Assembly (NCBI GenBank): GCA_950097015.1
Contig: CATNEN010000035.1
Span: 558,001-622,000 of the forward strand
DNA from: Macrostomum hystrix
Taxonomy: Eukaryota; Animalia; Platyhelminthes
Reading direction: 5' to 3'
Length of the DNA stretch: 64,000 bases
Below the pieces are notes generated by a model. That model was not told the origin of the DNA, searched no databases, and saw only the letters and a program-made list of their open reading frames with translations. A program made the translations under genes and the position numbers. Shown piece after piece: positions 49,155 through 62,111 of this stretch (positions are counted from its first letter, which is position 1; every line of letters begins with the position of its first letter).

Positions 49155-50380
49155 TCAGCTTTAGGTTCAGGTTCAGGGGCTAGGCTTCAGGTTCTGGAAC
49201 TGGTTCAGGCTAGATTTCAGGTTCAGAGGCTAGGCTTCAGGTTCTGGAACTGGTTCAGGTTAGATTTCAGGTTCAGGGGCTAGGCTTCAGGTTCTGGAAC
49301 TGGTTCAGGTTAGATTTCAGGTTCAGGGGCTAGGGTTCATGTTCTGGAACTGGTTCAGGCTAGATTTCAGGTTCAGAGGCTAGGGTTCAGGTTCTGGAAC
49401 TAGTTCAGGTTAGAGTTCAGGTTCAGGGGCTAGGGCTCAGGTTCTGGAACTGGTTCAGGTTAGAGTTCACGGTTCAGGTGCTAGGGTTCAGGTTCTGGAA
49501 CTGGTTCAGGTTAGAGTTCAGGTTCTGGAACTAGTTCAGGTTTGGGTTCAGGTTCTGGAACTAGTTCAGGTTTGGGTTCAGGTTCTGGAACTAGTTCAGG
49601 TTAGAGTTCAGGTTCTGGAACTAGTTCAGGTTTGGGTTCGGGTTCTGAAACTAGTTCAGGTTTGGGTTCGGGTTCTGGAACTAGTTCAGGTTTGGGTTCA
49701 GGTTCTGGAACTAGTTCAGGTTAGAGTTCAGGTTCTGGAACTAGTTCAGGTTTGGGTTCGGGTTCTGAAACTAGTTCAGGTTTGGGTTCGGATTCTGGAA
49801 CTAGTTCAGGTTTGGATTCAGGTTCTGGAACTAGTTCAGGTTTGGGTTCGGGTTCTGAAACTAGTTCAGGTTTGGGTTCAGGTTCTGGAACTAGTTCAGG
49901 TTTGGGTTCAGGTTCTGGAACTAGTTCAGGTTTGGGTTCAGGTTCTGGAACTAGTTCAGGTTTGGGTTCAGGTTCTGGAACTAGTTCAGGTTAGAGTTCA
50001 GGTTCTGGAACTAGTTCAGGTTAGAGTTCAGGTTCTGGAACTAGTTCAGGTTTGGGTTCGGAAACTAGTTCAGGTTTGGGTTCAGGTTCTGGAACTAGTT
50101 CAGGTTTGGGTTCAGGTTCTGGAACTAGTTCAGGTTTGGGTTCGGGTTCTGAAACTAGTTCAGGTTTGGGTTCAGGTTCTGGAACTAGTTCAGGTTTGGG
50201 TTCAGGTTCTGGAACTAGTTCAGGTTTAGGTTCAGGTTCTGGAACTAGTTCAGGTTTAGGTTCAGGTTCTGGAACTAGTTCAGGTTTAGGTTCAGGTTCT
50301 GGAACTAGTTCAGGTTTGGGTTCGGGTTCTGGAACTAGTTCAGGTTTGGGTTCAGGTTCTGGAACTAGTTCAGGTTCCAT
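49155..50380. repeat. 30-bp minisatellite GGTTCAGGTTCTGGAACTAGTTCAGGTTTG (each unit holds the palindrome GAACTAGTTC)
   Basis: Direct reading. Confidence 0.95.
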
Positions 50381-50655
50381 GCTTATTTCAGGTTGGTTTT
50401 CAGTTTCTAAGGAAGTAAGTTTAGGGTAGGATCAGGGTTCGAAATAGGTTTCAGGGTTCATAATTATTTGCGCAAGGCACGGTCAAATCTTGACGAACTT
50501 TCGCATGATCGAGCGCAAAAACAGAACAAGTCAGCGCCTTTTCTCATTGCTCACCCCCCTCTCGGTCGCACCTCGATGTTTCCCACTGTCTCGCCGAGAA
50601 AAACCGTCTCCGACTCGATTGAATTAAGTCGAGAAGGAAATTGCCAATTAGTCAC

Positions 50656-50857
50656 CCGCTCTGAACAGCGGCACAGCACAGTTGAGAGTAGGGATGGAAT
50701 ACACGTTTGGGAAAAGTGACAAATGTAGCTGGAACACTGGAGATTCTATCGTGAGTCCATTGCGTGTGACAAATAGCCCGGGTGAGGCAGGGCCATCCCC
50801 ACAACTGTAATTTATGAGATGGGTCAGCTCATGCTCATCCAGTCGTGAGAAATTCAA
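50656..50857 (-). CDS. Candidate orphan coding exon of an unresolved gene
   Basis: TTTGCAG acceptor, GTGACT donor, 67 open codons (LNFSRLDEHELTHLINYSCGDGPASPG...CAVPLFRA) in a unique island between two arrays; no family recognised. Confidence 0.3.
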
Positions 50858-50884
50858 CTGCAAATACGATTTTCCAGAGACAAC

Positions 50885-51215
50885 TATGCGGAGAGAGACA
50901 AGTAGTATAGAGAAAGACAAGTAGTTCGGAGAGAGAAAAGTAGTAGCATGGAGAGAGACAAGTTTTATAAAGTGAGACAAGTAGTATGGAGAGAGACAAG
51001 TAGTATGGAGAGAGACAAGTAGTATGGAGAGAGACAAGTTTTATTGAGAGGACAAGTAGTATGGAGTGAGACAAGTAGTATGGAGAAAGACAAGTAGTAT
51101 GGAGAGAGACGAGTAGAATTGAGAGAACAAGTATCATTGAGAGGGCAAGTAGTATGGTGTGAGACAAATTGTGTAGAGAGGGGAGACAAGCGTAGGTACA
51201 GAGGAGACTAGTAGT
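50885..51215. repeat. 19-bp minisatellite GAGAGAGACAAGTAGTATG
   Basis: Direct reading. Confidence 0.88.
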
Positions 51216-52097
51216 ATGCGTAGCATGTTTTCATTAATTTATCACATTTTTGTTAGACTCAATATTATAATATGTAAAGCCGGAAATGAATGTCTTCACT
51301 TGCTAGAAGCAATATATTGTATATATGCTCGTATATATATATATATATATTCATTTAAAAGGCCCACTAAAGAAACAATTCCTAAATAGCAAAAGTGGAG
51401 ATGAAATCGCTAACAATAAAACAATCAATTTTCAGGCAATCAGAAACATGCTATCGAACATTGAAAATCTGTTTTGACGAAAAGAAACACAAAACAATTA
51501 TGCAGGACCAGAACAATATGAAATTAACATTGCAGTGAAATAAGCATATTGGCAAGAATCACCCTTGATTTTCATGATAATGGAAGCCTGCGCAATTAGT
51601 AGCAGTAAGTAGCATAAATAAAAATAAAACAAAAAATAAATGTAAATGTAAAAATCAATAACAACAATCAATCAATACAAAAAACAGGCAAATCCGAAAA
51701 ATAAGCATTCCAGGCCAATACCTAGTAGACATTTCTTATTATCTAAAGCTCCAAAGTGGATTACTTAATTAATTTATTTATAGTTCAATTAGTTAAGTAT
51801 AGTAATTTGCATTTCTATGAAAACTGTGGAATTAAGTAACGACTGCAATTAATTTTTCCTAAGGGATTGCACTAAATACACTTCAACTAATTGATTCGTT
51901 ATACCTTTTTCGATACATATCGATGGTTTTATGACAGAAGAAAATCAATTAAAGTGGGCTTCCTTAAACACCTTTTTGGTTTACTAACTGCCTTTACACC
52001 ACTTTAATTCCGAGGTTTGATTCCGAAATTATCACTGCAGGGTTAAATCAGTAGGTAAATTGTATTTTTCGTTACATATCGGTTTTGGACAAAGTTC

Positions 52098-55000
52098 TCA
52101 ACGCCGACTACTCGGTGGGACCAGGTGCTCCGGCAGGGTGCTGGGCAACTCGTGCCCGTCAATTCGCAGCTGGATGAGGTACTTGGCAAGTGCGAACTCC
52201 TCGATGTTCAGCATGCCGTCTTGGTCGACATCGGCCAGCTTCCAGATCTTGCCCAGCTGCTGGAATGGCAGCTTGGAGCGGGTCATCTCGTCCTTGGCCT
52301 GCGCGCCGGTGATGCGACCGTCCACCGGGTTCAGGCTGTAAAACTGGGCGTCGTATTCGGCACGAAATTTGTTAACAATCCAGTCGTGGTCGAATTTGCC
52401 AGCCGACAAGCCCGGATTTTCGCTGAACGCGAACGGATTGTCGTCGGTAGCCTGGTTGAATGCGCCGCCGGCGATGGCGCCCCAGTCCTTCGCCTGGCTG
52501 GACGACTCCTGCAAAGCAAGGGCGTTGGCGTGGAGTGCATGACGCTAGAAAGTGACGAAAATTGGACTAAACCTTGATTTGCGAATGTGCTATTGACTCT
52601 ACTTTAAGTAGCTCGCTGCGAGACAAAAATCATTACTCAGTAAAATTATTAATGTGGTTAAGAGGGTAGCCAACCTTTTTCAGCGAATGGTATGTGGGCT
52701 CCGCTGATAAACTTAGGGTCAATGTTTGACTTTCAATCTGCACGCAAAGACAGGCGCAGAGAGATAATGTCATGTGATACTTTAGTAGCAGGAGTAAACT
52801 AAGTCTTCCTGTTAGAACACAGTGTTTTGCACTTGAATTTTGTCAGATTTAAAAAAATTTCAAGCGCACAATTAAAATATTTAGCGCTGTGCTCAAAAGA
52901 CCCCACAATTTCCGTACTTAAACAGTCAAAATGCGTCGTTGAATCTATGCATGGACCGGATTTCAAATGACCATTGACCCGCCCTCAAATCCTCCCATTG
53001 ACCCGCCCTCAAATCCTCCCATAGATCCGCCCTCAAATCCTCCCATAGATCCGCTCTCTAATACTCCCATTAATCCGCCCTCAAATCCTCCCACAGATCC
53101 GCCTTCGAATTCCCTCAAATCCTCCCATAGATCCGCCTTGAAATTCCTTCAAATCCTCCCATAGATCCGCCCTCAAATACTCCCATTAATCCGCCCTCAA
53201 ATCCTCCCATAGATCCGCCTTCGAATTACCTCAAATCCTCGCATAGATCCGCCTTCAAACACACTCAAATCCTACAATCGATCCGCCTTGAAATCGCCTT
53301 ATATCCTCCTATAGATTCGCCTTCGAATTCCCCCCAAATCCACCCATAGATCCGCCCTCAAATCCTCCCATAGATCCGCCTTGAAATCCCCTTAAATCCT
53401 CCCATAGATCCGCCTTCGAATTCCCTCAAATTCTCCCATAGATCCGCCTTGAAATCACCTCAAATTCTCCCATAGATCCGCCTTCGAATTCCCTCAAATC
53501 CTCCCATAGATCCGCCTTGAAATCCCCTCAAATCCTCCCATAGATTCGCCTTCGAATTCCCTCAAATTCTCCCATAGATCCGCCTTGAAATCCCCTCAAA
53601 TCCTCCCATAGATCCGCCTTCGAATTCCCTCAAATTCTCCCATAGATCCGCCTTGAAATCCCCTCAAATCCTCCCATAGATCCGCCTTCGAATTCCCTCA
53701 AATTCTCCCATAGATCCGCCTTGAAATCACCTCAAATTCTCCCATAGATCCGCCTTGAAATCCCCTCAAATCCTCCCATAGATCCGCCTTCGAATTCCCT
53801 CAAATTCTCCCATAGATCCGCCTTGAAATCACCTCAAATCCTCCTATAGATCCGCCCTCAAACCCACCTGCGGAATCATCTGCATCAAGCGGGCAATGTC
53901 TTCGCTCAGCATGCTGTCAACGGTGGCCACCAGTCGCTCTTTCAGAGGCTGAAACTTGGAAAAGTCGGCCTCCTCGAGGCTCTGCTGCATTCGCTGCAAG
54001 TTCGGCAGGTCGCCCTGGCTGATGTTGTGCTCCCTGGCCACATTGGCGTAGATCTGCTGCAGGTCGCGTATCAGCTGCTTCTTCTTGGTGTCCTTGCCGA
54101 ACATTGACGGCATCTCTTTGCGCAGCGCGGCTATAATGTAGGCGTGGGTCTTGGCCAGTCTGGCCCGCTTAATGAGGTCGTTCAGTTTGCGCAGAGTGGC
54201 ATTCCTAGGCAGCGATTGCAGGTCGCGAAACAGATCCTGGGATTCCAGCTCGAATAGGCGCTTGTTGGTGTCAAATTTTAGCGGCTCATTCCAGAAGCTG
54301 CCGATATAGACTCTGGCTACCTCCGGGGTGTACAGCACTTTGCCTGGCGATGCATATAACAGTAACAGTAACTGACGTGTCATTTGGCGAGTCGGCCCTC
54401 TGCTACTGAGGAAAAAAACTGTCTTCTGTGCCTCTCGCACTAATGTCCCTGAGCTCGATTCCGCGGTAAATTGAGAGTGTACACTGCCTGACGATGAGAA
54501 AGTCACGGGCAGATGTACACACCTGTATGAGTGTGTGCCTGCGTACAGTATCTGTGTGCTCAGGAGACAGCGTAAGAATTGCCTCCTAGAATTGCCTCCT
54601 CGCTGGCTGCGGGTCTAGAGTCATTAAATGGTGTGTAGGTACCCACAGCCCTCCTGTAAATATTATAATATTTTACGAGCTCGTAATTCTTTTATTTGGC
54701 TTATTCCGCTGACTCTGCACACGCACACACAGGGTATGTAAATCCGTCTTGAATTTCTCATACAGTGTTTACTCTCACAGTGCCATTAGGTTTGGCACCT
54801 CACGGGCGTAAATTGCGCGACAAGCTTGCAAGCCCAAATGAATGCGGCCCAAATGAATCCAGCTCAGGTACCTTGGGTGCCGCACGCTACACTGCTGAAT
54901 TGTTTTGTAGTAGATTATTCTAACCGGCCGACTCACCCAAGCTCCACATGAGCGCCCCGTAGACTCGCATCAACTGCTGAGAGTCGACCATGTCAGATTT

Positions 55001-56185
55001 GTTGAGCACAATTCGAATCTTATCTTCGTAGCCTTTCATGCTCTCGATAACGGCTTTGAATTCGTCGGAGATGTCCAACTTGTGAGCGTCGAACAGCAGG
55101 ATGATGCGGTCCACCCGGGCGGCGAACCACTCGATCACTTCGTCCATAGAGTAGCCGCGATCGACTCGCTGCTTCTCGCCCGACAGAATGCCGGGCGTGT
55201 CAATAATGGTGATGGATTTCAGCACATCGTTGCGCAATGTTGAGCACTGGAACCGGTTTAGGAATGCGTTTCCGAAACGGCTCAATGGCCGGAATGGGCG
55301 AGACGGGTCCACGGCCAGAGCGTTACCTGCGGGGCGTGGGCGGAGACTGGTGAATACGGACAGACAGACAGACAACAGACAGACAGACAGACAGACTCAC
55401 AGACAGACAGACAGACAGACTCACAGACAGACACTAACAGACAGACAGACAGATACAGAACAGACAGACAGACAGACAGATACAGAACAGACAGACAGAC
55501 ACAGGCAGACAGACAGACAGGCAGACAGACAGACAGACAGACTCACAGACCGACTCACAGACAGGCAGACAGACAGACGGACAGACAGACTCACCAGGCA
55601 CAATTCCCTCTGTCTCGTCGTGCATGACAGCAATGAAGCGGTCCGTTGTTGGCTCAGGTCCGATGTGGATTCCGGGAAAGTCGCTCTCTAGCAGATACTT
55701 GATGAAGGTGGTCTTGCCAGTTGAGTACTGCCCGACTAACAGAATCATTGGCTTGCTGTTTGAGTAACCAGAAGAAAGTTTAAAGTTAATGTCGAAGACA
55801 AAAATGACCAAAAAAACTGTTGGAATTTTTCACCACTTCTAACATTCTTAATCCTTAGGAAGCGGGCATTGGTCCAAGTTAAAACAAACATTACAAACCC
55901 AAACTCTAAAGGTCCTAGGCGCAAATCAAGATGTATCATTACATGCTTAAGATTATCATTTATTTTTAAGTAAATTAGCTAATATATTACTTTCAGGAAA
56001 AACATTTTTCCTGACCTGTGAAAATCTGCATCCTCCAATGCTGGTGAATGGAAGTCGTGAAATCGATAAGCCTCCTCCAATGGCAATAGTTTAGTTTTGT
56101 AGATCTTTTTCATGCCATTAGCGACACTGGTGAAGGTCTCAGCCTCCTTGGAATCATTCTTGCGCATGAAGGAGAACATTTTCAT
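52098..56185 (-). CDS. EHD1: EH domain-containing protein (EHD/RME-1/Past1 family dynamin-like ATPase), 535 aa; exons 56016-56185, 55595-55755, 54937-55326, 53868-54343, 52098-52508
   Basis: GQYSTGKT P-loop, IGPEPTTDRF, IDTPGILSGEKQR, LNKSD, RVYIGSFW, RKLNDLIKRARLAK and a C-terminal EH domain. Exons sum to 1608 nt with consistent phases. The symbol is family-level; the paralogue number is not determinable. Confidence 0.97.
52965..53860. repeat. 34-bp minisatellite (alternating 68-bp dimer) CATAGATCCGCCTT(CGAATT|GAAATC)CCCTCAAAT(T/C)CTCC in the last EHD intron
   Basis: Direct reading. Confidence 0.93.
55345..55590. repeat. (ACAG)n microsatellite filling an EHD intron
   Basis: Direct reading. 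Confidence 0.95.
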
Positions 56186-57469
56186 AGAATTCCGTTTGTT
56201 GCTGAAGAAAAATAATTTAAATTTAATTGACACACTGTGTTAGCTTTCCAATGAATAAAAAGACTTGCTCAAATAATTGTGATACAGAGTGAAGTAGGCC
56301 TGATAAAAAATATACTTTGATTCTAAAAATGATAAAGCTACTTAAGTTTTCACAGAAAAGGAATAGCTTATGAGCATCATTTTTAAAGACAAAAAATAGT
56401 TATTAAATGTATTTGAATGTAGCAGTACTGTCTCATATTAGTCTTTATAAATAGCTATTTGCTAGATGCAACTAAATTAATGCAATAGTTAAGCTAAAAT
56501 GGCTTTAGGACTAGTAGCAGCCTGGTATATAGTATTTAGGTTGCTTGGAAACACAAAAATATTATTTTGTTAATTACAAGAGTTTCACTGCAGCTACAGA
56601 TATGGCTACAGTACAGATATAGAGCTTTTTGGACAAAAGTTATGATGTGGAAATGGTTATAGGAATTTCTGTTTCCCAAATATAGTTCTCAAATATAGTT
56701 TGCACTGAAGTGAGTAAAACAAACAGCAAAGAGAGAATAGAGACAACAAGAAAATATAGAAACATATATAGAAAATATGAAAATTCTAGACAAAGAGGAT
56801 ATGTGAAGACACTTCAGACTGTCTACAATGCGAACTTTTAATTCCTTGCTGTTTTGGGACTCAAGCCCTTAGAAATTTCAATGCTACGCGCAAATTTTGA
56901 AATGAGGTATTTCACTGTCTGTTGACTATTAATATAAAAATAAACTGCATTTCAATGGATTAATATCAAAGGCACTTATTTAGACTGCCCATGATAAAAA
57001 CTCTTAATTCCAATCTAAGGTATTGAATATTTTAAAGCCACATGAATATTGTAGGGTATCTCTGGAAAGGATTGAATTCTCATTGATTACTATGATCTCT
57101 ATGCTTATAGACTTCTAACCTTGATTTGCAACTTAAATCTTCTTTAATATGTATACAGATATAGATAGACTAGGCCCTATAGAAAAATTTTGGAGATATG
57201 GATATGAATACAGATAGGGGAAAACTGTGTTATGAATTAATAAATAAGCTTATGTCCAGTATACCTTGAGCTCCTACCACTTTCTTCTTATTGCTCATAA
57301 CAATGGTCAATACTCAATAGTCCTAAATATGCAGATAGGGCCTAAAGTGTCCCAAAACAATTGGGACTGTTGTTTTGATTTGCTATATTATTATTTGACT
57401 TGATTGGTGTTAATGTGCTACTAACACAAAACTATTTCCCTAGCCATATCAGATTGGCATTTGATAATT

Positions 57470-57909
57470 GGTAGTTGTTATTTGTCCGGTTAACCGGACA
57501 AATAGCCATTTGGTTATTCGTCTGGTTAACCAAGGTTGTAGGGGTTATAGCGCTACCACAAAAACCTCTATCATTTGTAAGATAAAATAATTAACAAGCT
57601 GCAAAAGGACAGTCATTCAGATTTGAAGTTTGTGTCTCAAATTATTTTCGCTTATCAGCTAATTAAAAAAATTAAAACCTTTTCCAGAAATTTGGTTGTT
57701 TCAGGGACTAACTTAGTTCAAGGGTATAGTTTGGTCTTTGTGAGGTCAAGACTCAAGATGGCTATTAGCAGGGCAATAGTGGTCTTTGGGAGGATCGTTG
57801 CTCCTGCTCATTGAAAGGGGAGAAATTAAGTCCTTGGGTGGTTAACCGGTTAACCGGACGAATAACCAAATGGCTATTTGTCCGGTTAACCGGACAAATA
57901 ACAACTACC
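57470..57909. mobile_element. MITE with 62-bp TIRs and 9-bp TSD (Mutator/MULE-like), 440 bp
   Basis: TIR GGTAGTTGTTATTTGTCCGGTTAACCGGACAAATAGCC... with 1 mismatch; TTGATAATT at 57461-57469 and 57910-57918. Confidence 0.92.
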
Positions 57910-57969
57910 TTGATAATTAGCAGAAAAACTGTTAGGCCTACATCAAAAGATCAAATCATGGTAGGCCTA

Positions 57970-58390
57970 CCTAGACACTTTGTCATCTTACAACTTTGTC
58001 ATCCAGATTACAATCTGTCCAATATCTTAGAGGGTGGATGACGAAGAGACTTAGACTTGTGGACACTTCATCATCTATAAAACAAAAGTTTTCAAAGTTA
58101 GAACAGAACCACCCCTCCCCACCCTTCATCACATCCTGTTGGCACCTATCTTTCAACTCTTATAATGAAATCAGTTTTGACACCTCTTTTTGACAATTCA
58201 AGTGTGAGTGTGAAGTGTGTTCACACCTCTGCCCCACCACCCCACCCTCACTTTATTGATGACGAACTTGATTGCTTGTTATTAGTAGATGACGAACTGA
58301 CCAAACTTTAAAGCATGCCAATTGGCTGGATGATGAAGTGTCCTACTTTCCAAGTGGATGACGAAGTTGTAAAATGACAAAGTGTCTAGG
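57970..58390. mobile_element. Second MITE, ~36-bp imperfect TIRs, no clean TSD
   Basis: CCTAGACACTTTGTCATCTTACAACTTTGTCATCCA vs reverse complement CCTAGACACTTTGTCATTTTACAACTTCGTCATCCA; internal GATGACGAA repeats. Confidence 0.8.
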
Positions 58391-61319
58391 ATCCCAAATC
58401 ACTTCGAAACTCTATAAACAACTTACACCCATCGAAAAAAAGAAGCCTGTATAGGGGCTGCCACACAGATTGTAAAAAATTGATGCTCGCCTTTATCCTC
58501 TATCTTTTTTAAAATGCTTATTTGAGTACATAAAATTAAACAAAGTCTAACTAAATCTAATAATCAATATAAAGGTAGTAGGCCTAATGTCAGCATCTGT
58601 TTTTTCGAATTTCCTTTACAAGAGAATGGTACACTTAATCAAGATTTTATCGGCAATCTCAGCTGTGTAGGCCCTAAGGGTAAATTTCATCCGGTAATTT
58701 TCAGCTCGTTTTGGTTCAGTTGAGTAGGACTCGTATTTAAATGAATCAAAATGGGTATATCGTTAAAATAGATAGGGGAGATAGGCTAGCATCGTTACTT
58801 ACAACTGTGCAGCGCAGGAGCGACTCAGACAGAGCTGTATTAAAATTTACCAAGTCGTTCCGTTCCTTAAACGGGTGGAAGGATTTTCTTAAAGAGTTTG
58901 TAGTTAATTAGTTGATGAGAAAGTTTTTTATCTGAATATCACTTCGGAAATACCTTCATGTATGATGCTAACAAAGAGGTTACCTACTTCGTATTTTGTC
59001 TAAGGACCACTAGAAGAAGAAGGACCTCTTCTTCTAGTGGGACCTCTTCTTCTAGTGGTCCAGTTGATTTTGACTAGATCGTGTCGAAGAAAAACAAAAA
59101 GTTAAATTTTATATTTTGTCTAGTTCCTCGTATATCACGAGCTTAAAGAAGTACCATTCTTAGAGTTGCTTAAAAAGTGCCAGACGATAACGTACGCATC
59201 CATAAATGGTGTCTGATTTTATAAATTTTAACCACATACAAATCTAACTGCATTTTTAATTTTTAAGCGTATGAATGAATTTTTCTTTAAACCCCGACTT
59301 TGTGAATATTGGGGTGTTTGCAGTGACATTCTTTATTTTATTCATGATGCTTATTGAAAAGCATTTGCGTCCCTTTTGTAAGTCATTTACACTCCAAAGA
59401 ATTTATAAATGGAAGTAAAAGTGAATCCTCGCTTTTAATTGTAATTAATTAATTGTAATTAATGGCTCAAGCTACAGCCTGCAGGCATCCACCTCGCCGA
59501 TCGACCTAATTTTGGGTTACCATGACTCTATAAAAGGAAGCGTATTTTTTAGTGACTTTTTATCGTTCTCCCCAATTCGCCTCACACTGTGAGAAGCACG
59601 TGCAAGCTAGTCCACTTTGTTTTGTCTCGCCCCGCCCGACCACGCTACGCTTGTTCAGTTAGGATAGCTTTCGGCGCTACGCGTCTTGAGAGTGCGCCGC
59701 TGACAAGAGTGGTCTAGATAGGCGCTTGTTGTCGAAGTCAGTACGTGCTCTCTTCGGAGACTCCGCCGTCAGGCAGAAGGAGTGCCAACCGATAGGATCT
59801 GTCGGGGCAGCGCTGAAAGCAGAGACAACCGGAGCCTCTCGGGAAGAGTAGGGCGTGGATTAGGCCAGTTTAAGTAAAATTGTTATATCCAATTTGTTAG
59901 ACCAAATTTTGCTTTTCGCTATAATTGCTTCCGTGCGAATATCCTCGTTCTGTCGGTGTAACTTTTAAATAAAGTTGAGCAAGTGTACCTGTGGTAGCGT
60001 GGCACACACAATTGGTGAAAATAACCAAGACAGGACACTAGATTCAGAGAGGATTTACGCTCGTATACCGGCCCCAACTCTGGTGCTTCGTCGCAGTGAA
60101 ACAACCTGGTAGTCAGGCTAAAGATTGGCAAGTCTCCTCGTTACGGGGCCTTACTTTGGGACACGGGGATCCTCTAAGTGTGGAAGAATTTCCAACTTAG
60201 TAAAATAGCGTACCTATGGTCTTGCATGGTGACTTAAAAGTTTAGAAGGCACAAAAAAGTTAGAAACTATGCTTCAAAATGCAGTTTCTAACTCAGAGGT
60301 AAACTCAAAAGGATTACACAAATGGCATAAGAACAACCGTCCTAGGTGTGCTATCTAAGTAGAGAATGTGTGCTGCCATAATGCTAACACACCTGGTGTA
60401 TTCGTCGGACTATGCTCTACTTATAGTAGGAGCATTTGAGCGATATTCTGCCAGCCTTCTTCCGAACCGAAGCGATTGCACCATGGCGTGCAATATATAT
60501 GACTCAATGCGCAGACAGAGCTGGAACAAGAGAGAGAAAGAGGGGGTGGCGAGCGGAAGCGAGTGTGCACGGGAAACCGCAGACCTACCTACTCCCAAGC
60601 CCTCCCACAGAACTAGGGCAGCCCTGACTTCACAGATTGCCTGGAGGCTGCTCAGCAGACTACAGCACATCACAAGTAAACGAGAGTCAAATCAATTCCT
60701 ATTCTTATCTTGAGTCGGTGAGTTACAAAACAGCTGTCTAAATCACTCCAATCAAATTATTCGAGTCTTCGTGTTCATACTGTGTTATTCTTTTTTCATT
60801 GGGAGTTTCGCCGGGCGGGGGACGACACACGGGTCTCATCGCTTATCTATTCCGCTTCGCTCGCTACCCCAGTCACTTAACGCTATTTATTTTCAGATTT
60901 CACCTGCTGCTATTGAACCGATTGATAGGACACCGACCCCGGTAAATAGTGAATAGTCGCTAGCTTTAAATTCCTCACGCTCCAGCTATATAGGACATTC
61001 ATTTTATTACACCGTATAAATTTTATGAATGTACAAGCACCCGAATACATTAATTGTAAGTAATTATAAGTTCCTTGCTTTGCAGTACAATGAAAATATG
61101 GTAGAATATTTATGATGAGGGGATCAGATCAGTTTAAAAAAATGTTTGTTATATTATATAACTTTTATCGACAAGCTTGGCTTGGACAGCAGAGGTATTA
61201 TTTACACAATATGTCATGAGAGAAAGAGAGAAAGTAATTGAGGGCGGTAAACTTTCATGTGTACTTATTGTATCTGACAACTGTAAAGTGGTTGTGCAAA
61301 AAAGCAAAATTGTTAAAAT

Positions 61320-61981
61320 TCAGCCACACATTTTCGGCAGCAGCGCTTCCATTTTTTTCATGTCCTCGAGGCACTTGGGGCCCAGTTTGTAGATCCGCTT
61401 CTTTGATCCTTTGCCTTTATCAAGATAGTCGAAGTACTTCTTGTTTTTTTCACGACTTACTCTGGAATTTTTCATGTTTATTAGGAATAAGAAATATATT
61501 ATTTTTTAAAATACATGCATGATATAGATCCCAATTAGTACCTTAAAGCACGCGCAAACGTATCGTAATTCTTTCTTCTGTTGCCCTTTACTTGCTGCCA
61601 AACAAGGCCCATGGTTTTCGTATCTTTGGCTAGGAAATGTTCAGTTGTCTTGCTTTTCGGTTTTCCATCTTCGTCGCAAAATACCAGAACGTCGTGGAAA
61701 CGGAGCTGGATCTCGTTGCACTGCGTCGACAGCAAAATGAAGAGAACCACCTGATGCACCTGCAGCTTTCCGTTGGAACCATTCTCTTTAACTTCAGCTT
61801 CATATCGACCTAAATTGATTATTTATATGTTAGATTAAGGTGGTAAGAGTGTTTAGAAAACCTTTGCAGGTCTTTGCAAATGTATCGCTCTGATTGAACG
61901 CACCCAGGCATTGCTTCAAATACTCGACTTTGTGTGTCAAGTCTTTTGCTGTGTTCTCGAGACTTGAAGACTGCTGCTGCA

Positions 61982-62016
<35 letters not shown>

Positions 62017-62017
62017 A

Positions 62018-62111
<94 letters not shown>

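Noticed and set aside
42335-50429. SHIRE/SENLI, CQSPA, AMASAAIP and [16 protein letters not shown] repeat ORFs as structural or adhesive proteins
   Set aside because: Each matches a DNA tandem array exactly, unit variants break frame (15 vs 17 bp), and no signal peptide or flanking splice sites support translation.
56186-56204. Acceptor 16 nt before the EHD ATG as a spliced-leader trans-splice site supplying AUG
   Set aside because: A leader-derived AUG would be out of frame, and an ordinary upstream non-coding exon cannot be excluded from sequence alone.
59500-59900. GC-rich segment with TATAAAAGG as solo LTR, promoter or ncRNA
   Set aside because: No TG...CA ends with TSD, no second copy and no recognisable RNA family; it cannot be supported.
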